Source: Phaeosaccion multiseriatum
Lineage: Eukaryota; Protista; Ochrophyta, other classes
Length of the DNA: 64,000 nt
Reading direction: 5' to 3'
NCBI GenBank assembly: GCA_965112735.1
Contig: OZ218958.1
Coordinates: 1,922,001-1,986,000, forward strand
The stretch's first letter is position 1. Each line of letters begins with the position of its first letter. Both the position numbers and the translations under genes were made by a program. This document shows positions 23,167 to 34,200 of the stretch, piece by piece. Under the pieces are notes generated by a model, which did no database searches, was not told the origin of the DNA, and was given only the letters and a program-made list of their open reading frames with translations.

Positions 23167-23635
23167 CAGCAGGAGCAGGAGGAGGAGAGGACGAATTTCG
23201 GCACCGCCTCCTCGTAGCAGCAGCAGCAGCAGTAGGAGGAGGAGGAGGAGGAGGAGGAGGAAGGGCAGCTCGAGATGTACACGGATGTCAACGGCCTAGT
23301 ACCGAGGCCATCGCAGCTCACTCACGACAAGTAAAACTGTGAAGTGATGTATGTCCCGTGCACCTGGTGCTCTGTACTTACTCGGCTATTCATCTGGGTA
23401 TGATTCCCCCCCCGCCCGCCCTCCTCCCCCTTGGCGAGCGACACTCCGACTGTGCGTCTTCTTTTCGACACCCCACTATAAATATATACGTCGTGCTACC
23501 AATAGAATAGCAGGTCCATGGGACCTTATTACGCTCGAAGCCGGGGAAGGAATCGCTCTCGCGGTTCTATTATAACAGGTTGTGGTGTGAGGAGTTTGCT
23601 GGTGAGTACTCGACTCGGCACCTAAGCTCACCAGG

Positions 23636-24184
23636 CTAGAGGGACACAGCTGTATCATCTTTCCAGTCAAGCCATATATGTGTGCAGAGGTCTGGCTCTA
23701 GTACCTTCGTAACAGACCTCACCCTTCTGTTCCTCTTGGTGCAGCCGCTACCGCCGCTGCTACTGCTACTGTTGTTGGTGGTGGGATCGCTCCTCCCCTC
23801 TGTCTTGCTCTTCTTCTTCCCGATCCCGAAGGCACTCTGCTGGGTCGTGGTCATATCAGCTGCCGCCACAGAGGACTCGTGCGCCCTTTCCCTCAGTGCT
23901 AATGTCTCATCAAAGCAGCGATCCTGCACCGGTCGCTCCTTGGCTGCCTCCGACAAAGTGCACATCTGCACCAGCTCTTGCTTTCCCTTCAGAGCGGACA
24001 ATCGCGCCGCCCGTGTGTAGCCGCCGACTGTCGTAGGTCTCCCCTTGGCTCTGGCGAAGGCGGAAGAGGAGGTCGTGCAGTACTCGCGACGTCCGTAGTC
24101 GGCCAGCACTCCTCGCAGGGGCTTGGCCCTCTCCTCGGCCCAGTTCGAGTGGAGTGTACGCTGACTGTATGTCCGTAGCGCCAT
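23636..24184 (-). CDS. Putative axonemal microtubule inner protein (CFAP107/CFAP68/CFAP95-like N-terminus); 3' end uncertain, possibly spliced
   Basis: MALRTYSQRTLHSNWAEER resembles the YSxxxLxxNWxEER motif of these inner proteins. YCTTSSSAF and MTTTQQSAF resemble their short T-T-x-x-x-x-F repeats. Confidence 0.55.
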   Translation of the reverse strand: MALRTYSQRTLHSNWAEERAKPLRGVLADYGRREYCTTSSSAFARAKGRPTTVGGYTRAARLSALKGKQELVQMCTLSEAAKERPVQDRCFDETLALRERAHESSVAAADMTTTQQSAFGIGKKKSKTEGRSDPTTNNSSSSSGGSGCTKRNRRVRSVTKVLEPDLCTHIWLDWKDDTAVSL

Positions 24185-24336
24185 GCCCAGACTGCAGGAC
24201 TTTAAGAAACAGAAACGGGGCCGGCTGCTAGTTCACTCCAAGAGAGAATAAGCAGAAGAGGAAGGAGGCCGGTGCTAGTTAAGGGGTGGGGGTGGAAAAA
24301 GTAGTGGAAAAAGTAACGCCAAAAAATAAGTCAGGG

Positions 24337-24368
24337 GGCGCCGGGATAGCGGATAGCACCGCGATAGG
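24337..24368. promoter_or_regulatory. Degenerate copy of the GGCGATAGCAGATAGCAC intergenic element
   Basis: GGCGCCGGGATAGCGGATAGCACCGCGATAGG lies between the RPL18 stop and the next gene's ATG. Confidence 0.45.
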
Positions 24369-24516
24369 TCGATCCCAGTATGTGTGGGAAAGGGAGGGGA
24401 AGAAAAAAGACTGGAAGGTGATGATTTGAAGTGTTGTCGCATTAATATTGATTACGCGCTCCCAGCAACCCGCGAGAAGGCCAAGCCAAGAAGGTCGGTA
24501 CAGCTGTGGACCCGGC

Positions 24517-27172
24517 TTAGATCTGCAGGAAGGGGAAGAGAGAATTAAAGGGAGAGATTACAGTAGTTAGAAATCGATGTCTCGAGCAAAAAATGGAGCA
24601 AGCCGCAAGCAACAACGCTCTGTCGGGCACGAAGTCCTCTGCCCTGGACTGGACTGCGCAGGACTGCCCAGGCCGGCCCTGGAGGTCTCCTCCATGACCA
24701 TCCCCTCCCCTCCCCTCCCCTCCCCTCCCCTTTCCTCCACTCCGAGCCGAGTCGCATCTAAAGGCTGTCGGCTTCTTGCAAGCTACCCCCCCCCCCCCCT
24801 CACCTTGAAGCCCTTGTTGTGGCGGCGTCCACGGGCCTTCTCGAACTTGCGTCCCTTGCTGCGCACATAGGGCTTGACAGAGTCGTGCGTGTGGGGGTTG
24901 GTGACGCTGCGGTAGACAGGAGGAGCGAGACACGGAGGGGAAGGTGGGGGGGTACGGAAGGGTTAGAAGGATCCTTTCAGAGGGTGAAGAGGTTTAGCAG
25001 GAAGGGCTCAGCAGCCTTGGCGCAGAGCATCCCGTAGATACAATCACACACAGACCACTGACATCAGACATAAAGAGACCCACAGTGATCAGACGCAGTA
25101 ATTCGCGAACGGCTATAAACAGAAGCCACGATGGATTCGATTTGGGCTCGACTCGAGCTGAAGGGTAGAGGGTAATCGAGAAACCGAGTAATCAAGTCGG
25201 GCTATACGATACTGTATATCGATACAAAATCGATACACGGGACTCACGTGGTGCGGTGACCAAAGTGTCTGTGGACCTTACGCGCGGTGGTGCGTCCCCG
25301 GAGGAGCACGGTGTTGGAGCCGGTGGGGCAACGCAGGGCAAGCTGGTCGAAAGTCAGGCACTCGCCTCCAGCGGCCAGGATGCGCGCGCGGGCAGTCTCG
25401 GTGAAGCGCAGAGCACACACTGTGAAAGCAGGGCACAAAAAAGGGGAGGGGGAGGAGGAAGAAGAGGAGGGGGAGGAGGAGGAGGAGGAGGAGGAGGAGG
25501 AGGAGGAGGAGGAGGAGGGAGGGACGGGGGGGGTGAGATATACACAGTAAGGGTTGGGCGCTTCCCCGCCACGCAGCAGGGACGATACACGCAATGGGAG
25601 CGACGTCAGGGAGGGCAGGGTACACGCCATTGGAGCGGGGCCGTAGAGCGTACGCCGGACAGACAGACACTGCCGTTGCCATCCACAGAGCCTTCTCCCC
25701 TTCTCCCCTCCAATGCGCCAAGCTTCGCGCCAAGGTCACTGTGGCTGAGACAGCCCGTCCTCATAAGACTCGAAATCGTACCCCTCCCCGCCGCGTCCTC
25801 TGTCTCCTCGTGGTGAGCCCCCCCCCTCGCCCCACCCCCCCCCCGGCCCTCTGCATCGCCCCAGCAGCACCGCCCTTCATCATAGTCCTCACAGCTACGG
25901 TGCCGTGCATGAGCAGAACAAAGAGGGGTGCTGCGTCTGCTCCGTCAGCAACCCACCCCAACCCGCCCCGTATACGCTTCCCTCCTGCCCTTGGCGCAAA
26001 TCCTCTGCTTCCCTTGCCAGTGTTGTGCGTCTGTTGTCCCTCTCCCTCCCCCTTCGACAATTCTCTTCCCTCTCTTGTGTCTCTCTCTGGTGCTCTTTCT
26101 TTATCGCCACTGCAGCTCTGCACGTCTTCCCTGCCTTCCCTCGCTATCTCGCCCTCGCGGCGGGGGTCAAAACCACACGCTCAAGCTAAGGCACGCAAAA
26201 ATCCCTCCCTTCGCGGTCCATTAGGCAGGGAAGGCAAGCGGGGGGTCCCAGCCAGTGCCTTCGCCTTCTCCCCTTCCCTCCCCAAAGTGTGCACTCAGGT
26301 TGAAGGATGCACGTCAGCTCTGAGGTCCTTCTCTTCTCCCTCTCAGCGGCTGCAGCTGCCCCCCATCGTCTGCCCGAAAATGCGTCACGTGTACTTCCCA
26401 CTCACTCCACGAATCAGCTTATGAAGCCCCCCCCCCCCCCCCGGCCATGTCACCAGCAGCCGAACGACGGGAAAAGCTGCACCAATGTTTTACTTCAGTA
26501 CGCTTGACCGAAATACACGGCAGTCTGCGGGCAGAGAAAAGGACAATTTTGATGCGACAACAGCACGAACCTGAGAGCTTGGGGACCTCGAGGAGGCGGT
26601 TGTCGTCCGTCACTGTTGCAACCAGCACCGCCGTCTTTCCCTCCTTCCCCTCCATGTAGGTGGCAAGACGAGCAACGCCCATGGGTGCCCTAGAGAGAGA
26701 CGTGGGAAATCGGGAAATCGGTGCAGCAAGAGGACGCAGATGTCAATTACGGGATCTGCACTGTCTCTCTCGACGCCACTTACACGTCACTCTGTCTCTC
26801 TTTAACATGCTGCTCTGTCTCTACTCCTGTCTCTTCCCCCCCTCTTTTCCTCTTGCTCCTCCCCCTCTCTGTCTGAGACTTGTCTGTATTTTCCTCGTAC
26901 AAGCTTGCGCAGCCCCTTCCCAGCCTCTCCCCGGACTCCACACTACTTCCTTGACTCCTTTCGCTCCTCTTCAGCCGGCTCAAGCTGTCTCACCTGTTGC
27001 TCCTGCTCATATACAGCCTCTTGAGCACCTTCTGCACAAAGGCACTGTCCGTCCGCCGTGCCATGAACTTGTAAAGCTTGACCAGGAGTGCGAGGTACAC
27101 ATTGTCGGACTTGGGAGTAGTCCTCTCCTTGTGTCCAGTGCGACGCCCACCGGCGACGAGATCAATACCCAT
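24517..27172 (-). CDS. RPL18: 60S ribosomal protein L18 (eL18), 5 exons with a 6-nt last coding exon
   Basis: MGIDL...[84 protein letters not shown]. Exons 27172-26994, 26689-26571, 25419-25248, 24906-24804, 24522-24517 (ATC TAA). Confidence 0.96.
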
Positions 27173-27260
27173 GGCCCCTCAGTGCTGCAACAACAGACAA
27201 TATGACCTCTTGATCGCCAGGCGCGCCCACACATCTCCGCCTCCCCCCGGGGTCCGAAAA

Positions 27261-27278
27261 GAAACTGAAACTGAAACT
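27261..27278 (-). promoter_or_regulatory. (AGTTTC)3 element upstream of RPL18
   Basis: Reverse complement of GAAACTGAAACTGAAACT; identical to 5631-5648. Confidence 0.35.
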
Positions 27279-27685
27279 TCTATTTTTAGGGCAAGAACGT
27301 CCTTACTAATCTCTGTGCTTCCAGCAAGGGAAGGGGGAGGCTCATCATCCTTGTAGATGCACAAAAGACGGACACGTGTGCCTTGATACTGATATTTCCG
27401 AGGGGCATCACCCACTGATGTATCGTAACGTCTTCCACACTTGGTGTACATGTATAGAAAGTCCAGAGTCCAGACCGAGGAGAGTAAGCAACAAAGCCCT
27501 GCTCCGTTCGAGAGAGATACAGGATGAGAGTTGACAGAGCTTCTCCTCCCCCTCCCCCTCCCCCCTGCCCCCTCCCCCTACCCCATCCGCCCCTCCCCCT
27601 CCCTCTGCTGTTTCGTCCCAGCTCCTTGCGCGCCCTCTCCCTCCCCCTCCCCCCCTCCCTCCGTGGACCCGTGCGGCGGCTCTGC

Positions 27686-30600
27686 CTATCTTAAGTTCCT
27701 GATCAGGTCCTCCTGCTTGTGTCTCTCCTCCTCCACCTGCCCCCTCAGCGCCAGCAGTTGCTCCCTTTTGCCGCGAAGCTCCTCCTCCACGGAGCTGAGG
27801 CGAGAGGCCGAGGCAGGGTCCACCACTTCCCAAGACCGCTCCATGAAGTCGTTGATCTACCGAGTCAGTTAGTCAGTCAATCAAGGAGTCCAAGGGGGGA
27901 TTGACGGCCGAGGCACATGACAATGGCACGGCAAGCAGAGAGGAGAGAGAGGGCACGAGCTGGATAATTTCAGTTTATTGACCCCAAGAAGAAGGAAGGA
28001 GAAATTTCAATTCCCCCCCCCCCCTGGAGAGGTGAGACTACACGCTCCCTCCCTGCGTGCCTGCCTGCCCCACTGACTTTCCTCTCGTCCCTTTGCCCTT
28101 CCCCCTCCTCACTGACTGACCACTTCTTTCATACTCCCCTCTCCATCTAATTTAATGACTGACTGACTGACTGACTGACTGACTGACTGACTGACTGACT
28201 GACTGACTGACTGACTGACTGACTGACTGGCTGACAGACTGACTGACAGACTGACATCTTTTGTACTGTATCATTCTACTCCCCCCTTGGATCACATCCG
28301 AATCTCCCCTCCTCTCCGCTCCCCTCCCCTGTTCTCCCCTCCTTACTCTCTCCCCTCCTTCGCTACTGACCTCTTGTATCATCCTGGCCTCGAAGCGGCT
28401 TAGCACGTCCACTTCAAGCACCTCTCCCGGTGAAGAGGGCAGTGCAAGCTCCTCTAAAGTACGCTCCAGCTTGCGGATATCCTCTCCAACAGGGCCCAAT
28501 GCACACAGCAGGTTGTACTCGGGGCAGGTGTGACGCATCAGGTTCACAGGGACCAGGTAGCAGTGACCTTCTGCCTGCTGCTGTTGTTGTTGGGGCTGTT
28601 GGCCAGCTGCTGTATAGGGAGGGAGGGAGGGAGGGAGGGAGGGAGGGAGGGAGGGAGGGAGGGAGGGAGGGAGGGATGTTAAGGGAGAGGGCGAGAGAAA
28701 GGGTCAGGAAGGGAGCGGGCGAGGTTAAGGGTTCGGAAGGGGCGAGAGAGCGAGAAGGAACACCTAATGCTTGCTGCTGCTGCTCCTGTAGTAGCAAGAG
28801 GACCTTGCCACTTCCATTCCCCTTGGGACTAACTCACTCACTCACTCACTCACCTCCCCCTGGGTTGTCGTCTCCGTCGGCCGCTGCAGCGCTGCCACCG
28901 CCGTACGTCACCCTGATGATTGTGCTGCCCACTGCGGAATCGGAAGCATCCAAGAACGAATGATAACGACGTGGAGAAGGTTGGAAGGAAGGTGCGAAAA
29001 GCGGTGAGGCATTAACACTACTGCAAAACGCGACGCTGGGCTCTGTTCTCCTCTCCTCGTCTGATCTGTGCTGCGCATTAGGGCCCAAGGAACGCAAACG
29101 AGTCCAAACCCAAGGCCGAGAGAGGCCGAGAGAGGAAGGCTAATCCTCCCCAATCCATCCCGATAGAGGGAGGTTAATCAATCCTTCCAGCACCTGCACC
29201 AGTACCAACCCCACCCCTGGATAAGACAAAGAGAACAAAGACGATGACGACGAAGACCGTCTTGTCCACCCTTTCCACTCTGACACTCTAGCCTAGCGCT
29301 CTGACGCTCTGATGCTTACCTTCTTGGACAGAGAGAGAAGAGACCATTTGCGCGAGGAGGGACGACACCTGTTGGGCGTCGCACGGCCCCTCGCCCGCAA
29401 CGGTGCGTAGGTTCGCTCCCTGTCACGGACGAGAGGGGAAAGGGGGGGAGGGGAGGGAATGCGACTTGCTGAGACGGCCAACCATATGATATCAACACAT
29501 GCTTGAGCTTTGATAGCAACCCTTGTTTGCCTTTGCGCTTGCCACCACACACGCATTCCATCAAGACTTGCCGGGCGCATCGGTATCTGTCTCCAATGGA
29601 CTTCGTACTGTATGCCCCTCTCCGGAGGGGGAGGGAGAGCGCGAGAGATTGAGGGAGGGAGGGAGGGAGGGAGGGAAGGAGGGAGGGAGGGAGGGAGGGG
29701 GGAGGGAGGGAGAGACGGGGGGGAGGGAGAGAGAATGGAAGAGAGATAGAGAGGGAGAAGAGAGCGGAAGAGAGATAGAGGGAGAGAAAGACACACACAG
29801 AGCAGAGAGAGAGAGGGAGAGATAGGGAGAGAGACAGAGATTGGGGGAGAGAGAGGGAAAAAGACACACAGAGGAGAGAGCACCCGATTACGCACCTCTC
29901 CGATGGCTCCATCCTCCCTGCCCCCGAACGACGTGCGGAAAGCAACCATCATGCCTCCAAGGTTGGGTGCCTGATTGATTGATGGATTGATTGATTGAGT
30001 TCGAATAAAGGGGAGCAGAGGGGAGGGTGTACGTTGGTGGTATATACCCGGACCGCCTCAAATCCCATTTCCCCCTCCCCCACCCCCCCCGCCCAACAAA
30101 CACACACACACACAATCTCATCGCAAGGCAATGCAAAGAGTCGTCCGTAGAGACATCCGCATAGTCCTCCTTATGACGTCATTCTCATCTCTCTCCCTCC
30201 CCTCCCTCCCCGGTGTCACGCACCCGTTGCTGCTGCTGCTGGGCACTCGGTCTGGTCCCGCTGGTGGCCTTTGCCTTGGCCGGTGAGACTGCTGTGCCCT
30301 CTCCGCCAACCTCCCTCCCGTCCTCCTGCCCCTCTTCCTCGAGCAGCTTCTGGAGATCGATCCCCCCGGAGGCAAGCAGCGCCGCCTTGGGGTCACTGAA
30401 CAGCACCACATGGCCACCGAGTTCCAAACCCTCCTGCATCTGTCGATACCGCTGCTGCTGCTCCTGCTGCTTCTGCTTCGACTCCGCCTGTCCTTGCCCC
30501 TCCCCTGCTCCTCCCTCCGAGGCTCCTCTCTTCCCTTTCCCCTTTAGACCCTCTCTACACCACGCCAGCACATTGGCAGCGCTGCCGGCCACAAAGAGGA

Positions 30601-31198
30601 GGGCAGGCATTGAGGAAGTGTCGATGTGCCCCCCACTCGAAATGCTACCGCTACCGAGTGGCCTGGCTCTGTCTCCTCCTCCTCCTGCCGCTGTTGACTT
30701 GCTACTCTCAGCGACAACCTTGGGGGGCAGCGCAGCAGTTGATGATGCAGCAGCAGGGAGGGCAGGAGGAGTAAGTGAGAGGACGTTGATGACTAATGCG
30801 GTCAGTCATGTAACTCTTTAGGTAGCAGCGAATGGAAATCACTGCCTAGAAACACACATACATACACACACGCACACACACGCACACACACACACACACA
30901 CGCACACGCACACACACACGCTCAATACCGTCCATGCACCCTACCTGGCTATAGCAGTTCTGGAAGCTCTGAGCCAGGGGTCGGTTGAAGATGCGATAGG
31001 CACGTAGAATCACAACAAGCTCCACCTGCGAACGCAGGGAAAGGAGGAGGAGGAGGAGGAGGAGGAGGAGGAGGAGGAGGAGGAGGTGGAGGAGGTGGAG
31101 GAGGAGGAGGTGGAGGAGGAGGAGGAGAGGAGGAGAAGCAGCAGCAGGAGGAGGGGTAGGAGGAGGAGGAGGAGGAGGAGGAGGAGGAGAGGAGGAGA

Positions 31199-31230
<32 letters not shown>

Positions 31231-34200
31231 GAGGAGGAGGAGGAGGAGCAGCAGCAGCAGCAGCAGCAGGAGGAGGAGGAGGAGGAGGAGGAGGAGGAGG
31301 AGCAGCAGCGGAACGGCGCGGTAAGGGGCGGGGGGGCGGCTTGAAGAGTAAGACTGCCTGAGTCTTCCCGTGAAGGAAGAGAGGAGCTCAATTTCCCTCT
31401 TCCCTTCTCCCTGTGTTCGTCCCTCCCTCTCTTCCTCCCTTTCTCCCCTCCTGCCCTTCCTTCCTCCTCCCTCCCTGCCTCCCCTCCTTCCCTTCCTCCC
31501 TCCATGCCTTCCTTTCTCCGTCTCTTCGTCCTTCCTTCCCTCCTTCCTCACCTTCCTGCCGGCCGTTGTTGCCTGATGCTTCTTGAAGTAAGCCTGCAAG
31601 AAGGAGAAGTCGGGTGTGTGGTCTCCGATCTCCTGACAAGCAACGTCAGCAAGCGCACCCGCTGCTTCAAGGCACATCATGGCAAAGACAGACAGACATA
31701 CAGATAGACAGACACACACAGACAGAAGCATGAAGAGGCATATGGACAGGCAGACAGACAAAGACATACATGCAGACATTAAGCCAGCCAGATAGATAGA
31801 CAGACAGAACCACATAGAGGCATACGGGCAGGCAGAGGCATATGGGCAGGTACACAGACAAAGACGTACACGCAGACAGACAGAGAGACAGACAAACAGA
31901 CAAACAGACACATGTAGACGAACGGACAGACAGACAGACAGACAGACACACAGACACACAGATAGAGAGCAAAGCGAGGAAAAGAGAGCATGGGGGAAGG
32001 GGAGGAAGGAACGAGTAAGTTGGGAGTAGCAAGGCAGCAATGACGCAGAGAGCAATCAGCCAGTCAGAGAGTCAGAGCGCGTGGGCAAGCTGCTCACCGT
32101 GCATTGCTGGGCGGAAGGCTCGCTGCTGCTCCTGCCCCTCTCCGTCGAGCGCTGTGAACTGCAGATCATCAATGACACCCCCATGAAGCTGCTCCAGCAC
32201 TGCCCTCTGTTCCAGCAGCAGCATTACACGCTCCTCCTCCTCGAGCTTGGCTTGCTCAGCCACAACACGCTTGTCGATCTGTAAGGGGAGGGGGGGAGGA
32301 GGAGGAGGGGAGGGAAGGGGAGAGGAGGGAGGGGAAGGAGGAGAGGAGGGAGGGGGCGTAAGAGGGAGAGAATCCATATGCGCGGCACGGCACAAGGGTC
32401 AGAGGCAGCCTCGCCACTTAGCCGATTTGCCACAGGAGGCGAGGCGCCAACCCTCTCTGAACCTAACCCTAACCCTTCAAGAGCCGGCCCCGAGCACTTG
32501 CCTCTCTCGTGTGCGCCCTTTGCAGCTCCTGCAAGCGCGACTCCAGCACCTGTGAGGGGCAAGGGGGGGGGGAGACATTAGCTCTGCCATTGGATAGATG
32601 CGCGAGCACTGAATGGTGCCAAGGGGCAGGAAACACAAATGCACACATGTCGGGGCAATCAAAGCACACACACCCCACACAAAACACACCCACACCGACG
32701 CACACACACACACACACACACACACGGCACGTGCCTGCATGTTCTGCTTGTGCACGTCTCGCTGCGTGTTGTGCTGCTTCTTGATACCCTCCCTGCCCTC
32801 CTTCACGAGAACCTCGAGCTGCGCAAAGGCCGCCATCATCTCCTGCAGAGAGAGAGCATCAAGGGACAGGGCGGCGACACGAACAGTTTCAATTCTAGGC
32901 CCTCGGTTTCAGTAGTTTTTTTGACCTCAGTTTTCAGACGATGACGTCATCGCTCCCCTAATGTGCACCTGCTTGAGCTCCCTGGCATGGCCCACGGTCC
33001 TTCTCCTGCGTTGCTCCACCTGTACGTAGTAAGTCAGCGGTTGTAGTGACGGGTTTATTTTTAGTGATGGCCCACAGCACCGCACAGCACCAGCACAGCA
33101 GAGCAGCTCTCCAGAGTGAAATCATTGCTACACACCTGCTCCACTCGCTTGCGCTGTGTGCGCGTTACTTCCTCAACCTTATCGTTGAATGCCAAGACCT
33201 TGAAGGAGGTGGGGGGGGGGGGGGGCAGGAGGGGGATGGCAGCAGAGGGGGGAGGGAGGGGACGGCACAGCGTCAGTGCTGGCCCCAAACGGTCGATGTA
33301 CCGATGTGCCAATCTGCCATACGGGTACGTCCTGTATCACCAACTGCTGTATCACCATGGGCACCGCACCTGCTGCATGTACTCGTCTTCGGCCTGGCCA
33401 CGGTCACAGTCGCCAATCTCAATCCCATCAAGCCTTCGGAGCTGAGAGGGATGCGCACACACACACAAAAGCAGATGAGAGGAGAGCAGAAAAGAAACAC
33501 ACGCACACACACACACACATACACAGAGTGAGCAGGAGAGGACAAGAGAAACGTGGGCGCGGCAGGGGCCGGGTGTGAGTGAAGGGAGGGAGGGAGGGAG
33601 GGAGGGAGGGAGGGAGGGGAGGGGAGGGAGGGAGGGGAGGGAGGGAGGGAGGGAGGGAGGGAGGGAGGGAGGGAGGGAGGGAGGGAGGGAGGGAGGGAGG
33701 GAGGGAGGGAGGGAGGGAGGGAGGGAGGGAGGGAGGGAGGGAGGGAGGGAGGGAGGGAGGGAGGGAGGGAGGGAGGGAGGGAGGAGAGAGAGAGGGAGGG
33801 AGGGAGGGAGGGAGGGAGGGAGGGAGGGAGGGAGGGAGGGAGGGAGGGAGGGAGGGAGGGAGGGGCTGCTCGGAGACGGAGACTGTGCAGGCAGTAGGCA
33901 GCAAGTGCTAGCAAGTGCCCTGTCTCTCCTAACCCACAGCAATTTGTCTGTCCTCATCGGTGCCGAGGGTATGGAGGCGCGGAGGAGCAAAGGAGGCAAG
34001 GCGGGCGGCGCTTTTTCGTCCAACAAACAAACCAGGGGGCTTGGCGTAACTGCCCTAACTTTCTTTGCTGCCGTTTTGACTCAATTTGTTTACCAACTAC
34101 TCACCTGCTTGAGAGAGCAAATGGCGAATCTGCGGTACTCTTGCTTCTGTGAGAGCGGACAGGCACCAAAGTGCACATCGTCCATTGAGAGGTCCTGCAG

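Noticed and set aside
24907-25247. snoRNA in RPL18 intron 3 (hairpin ~25052-25092)
   Set aside because: No convincing C/D or H/ACA boxes on the sense strand.
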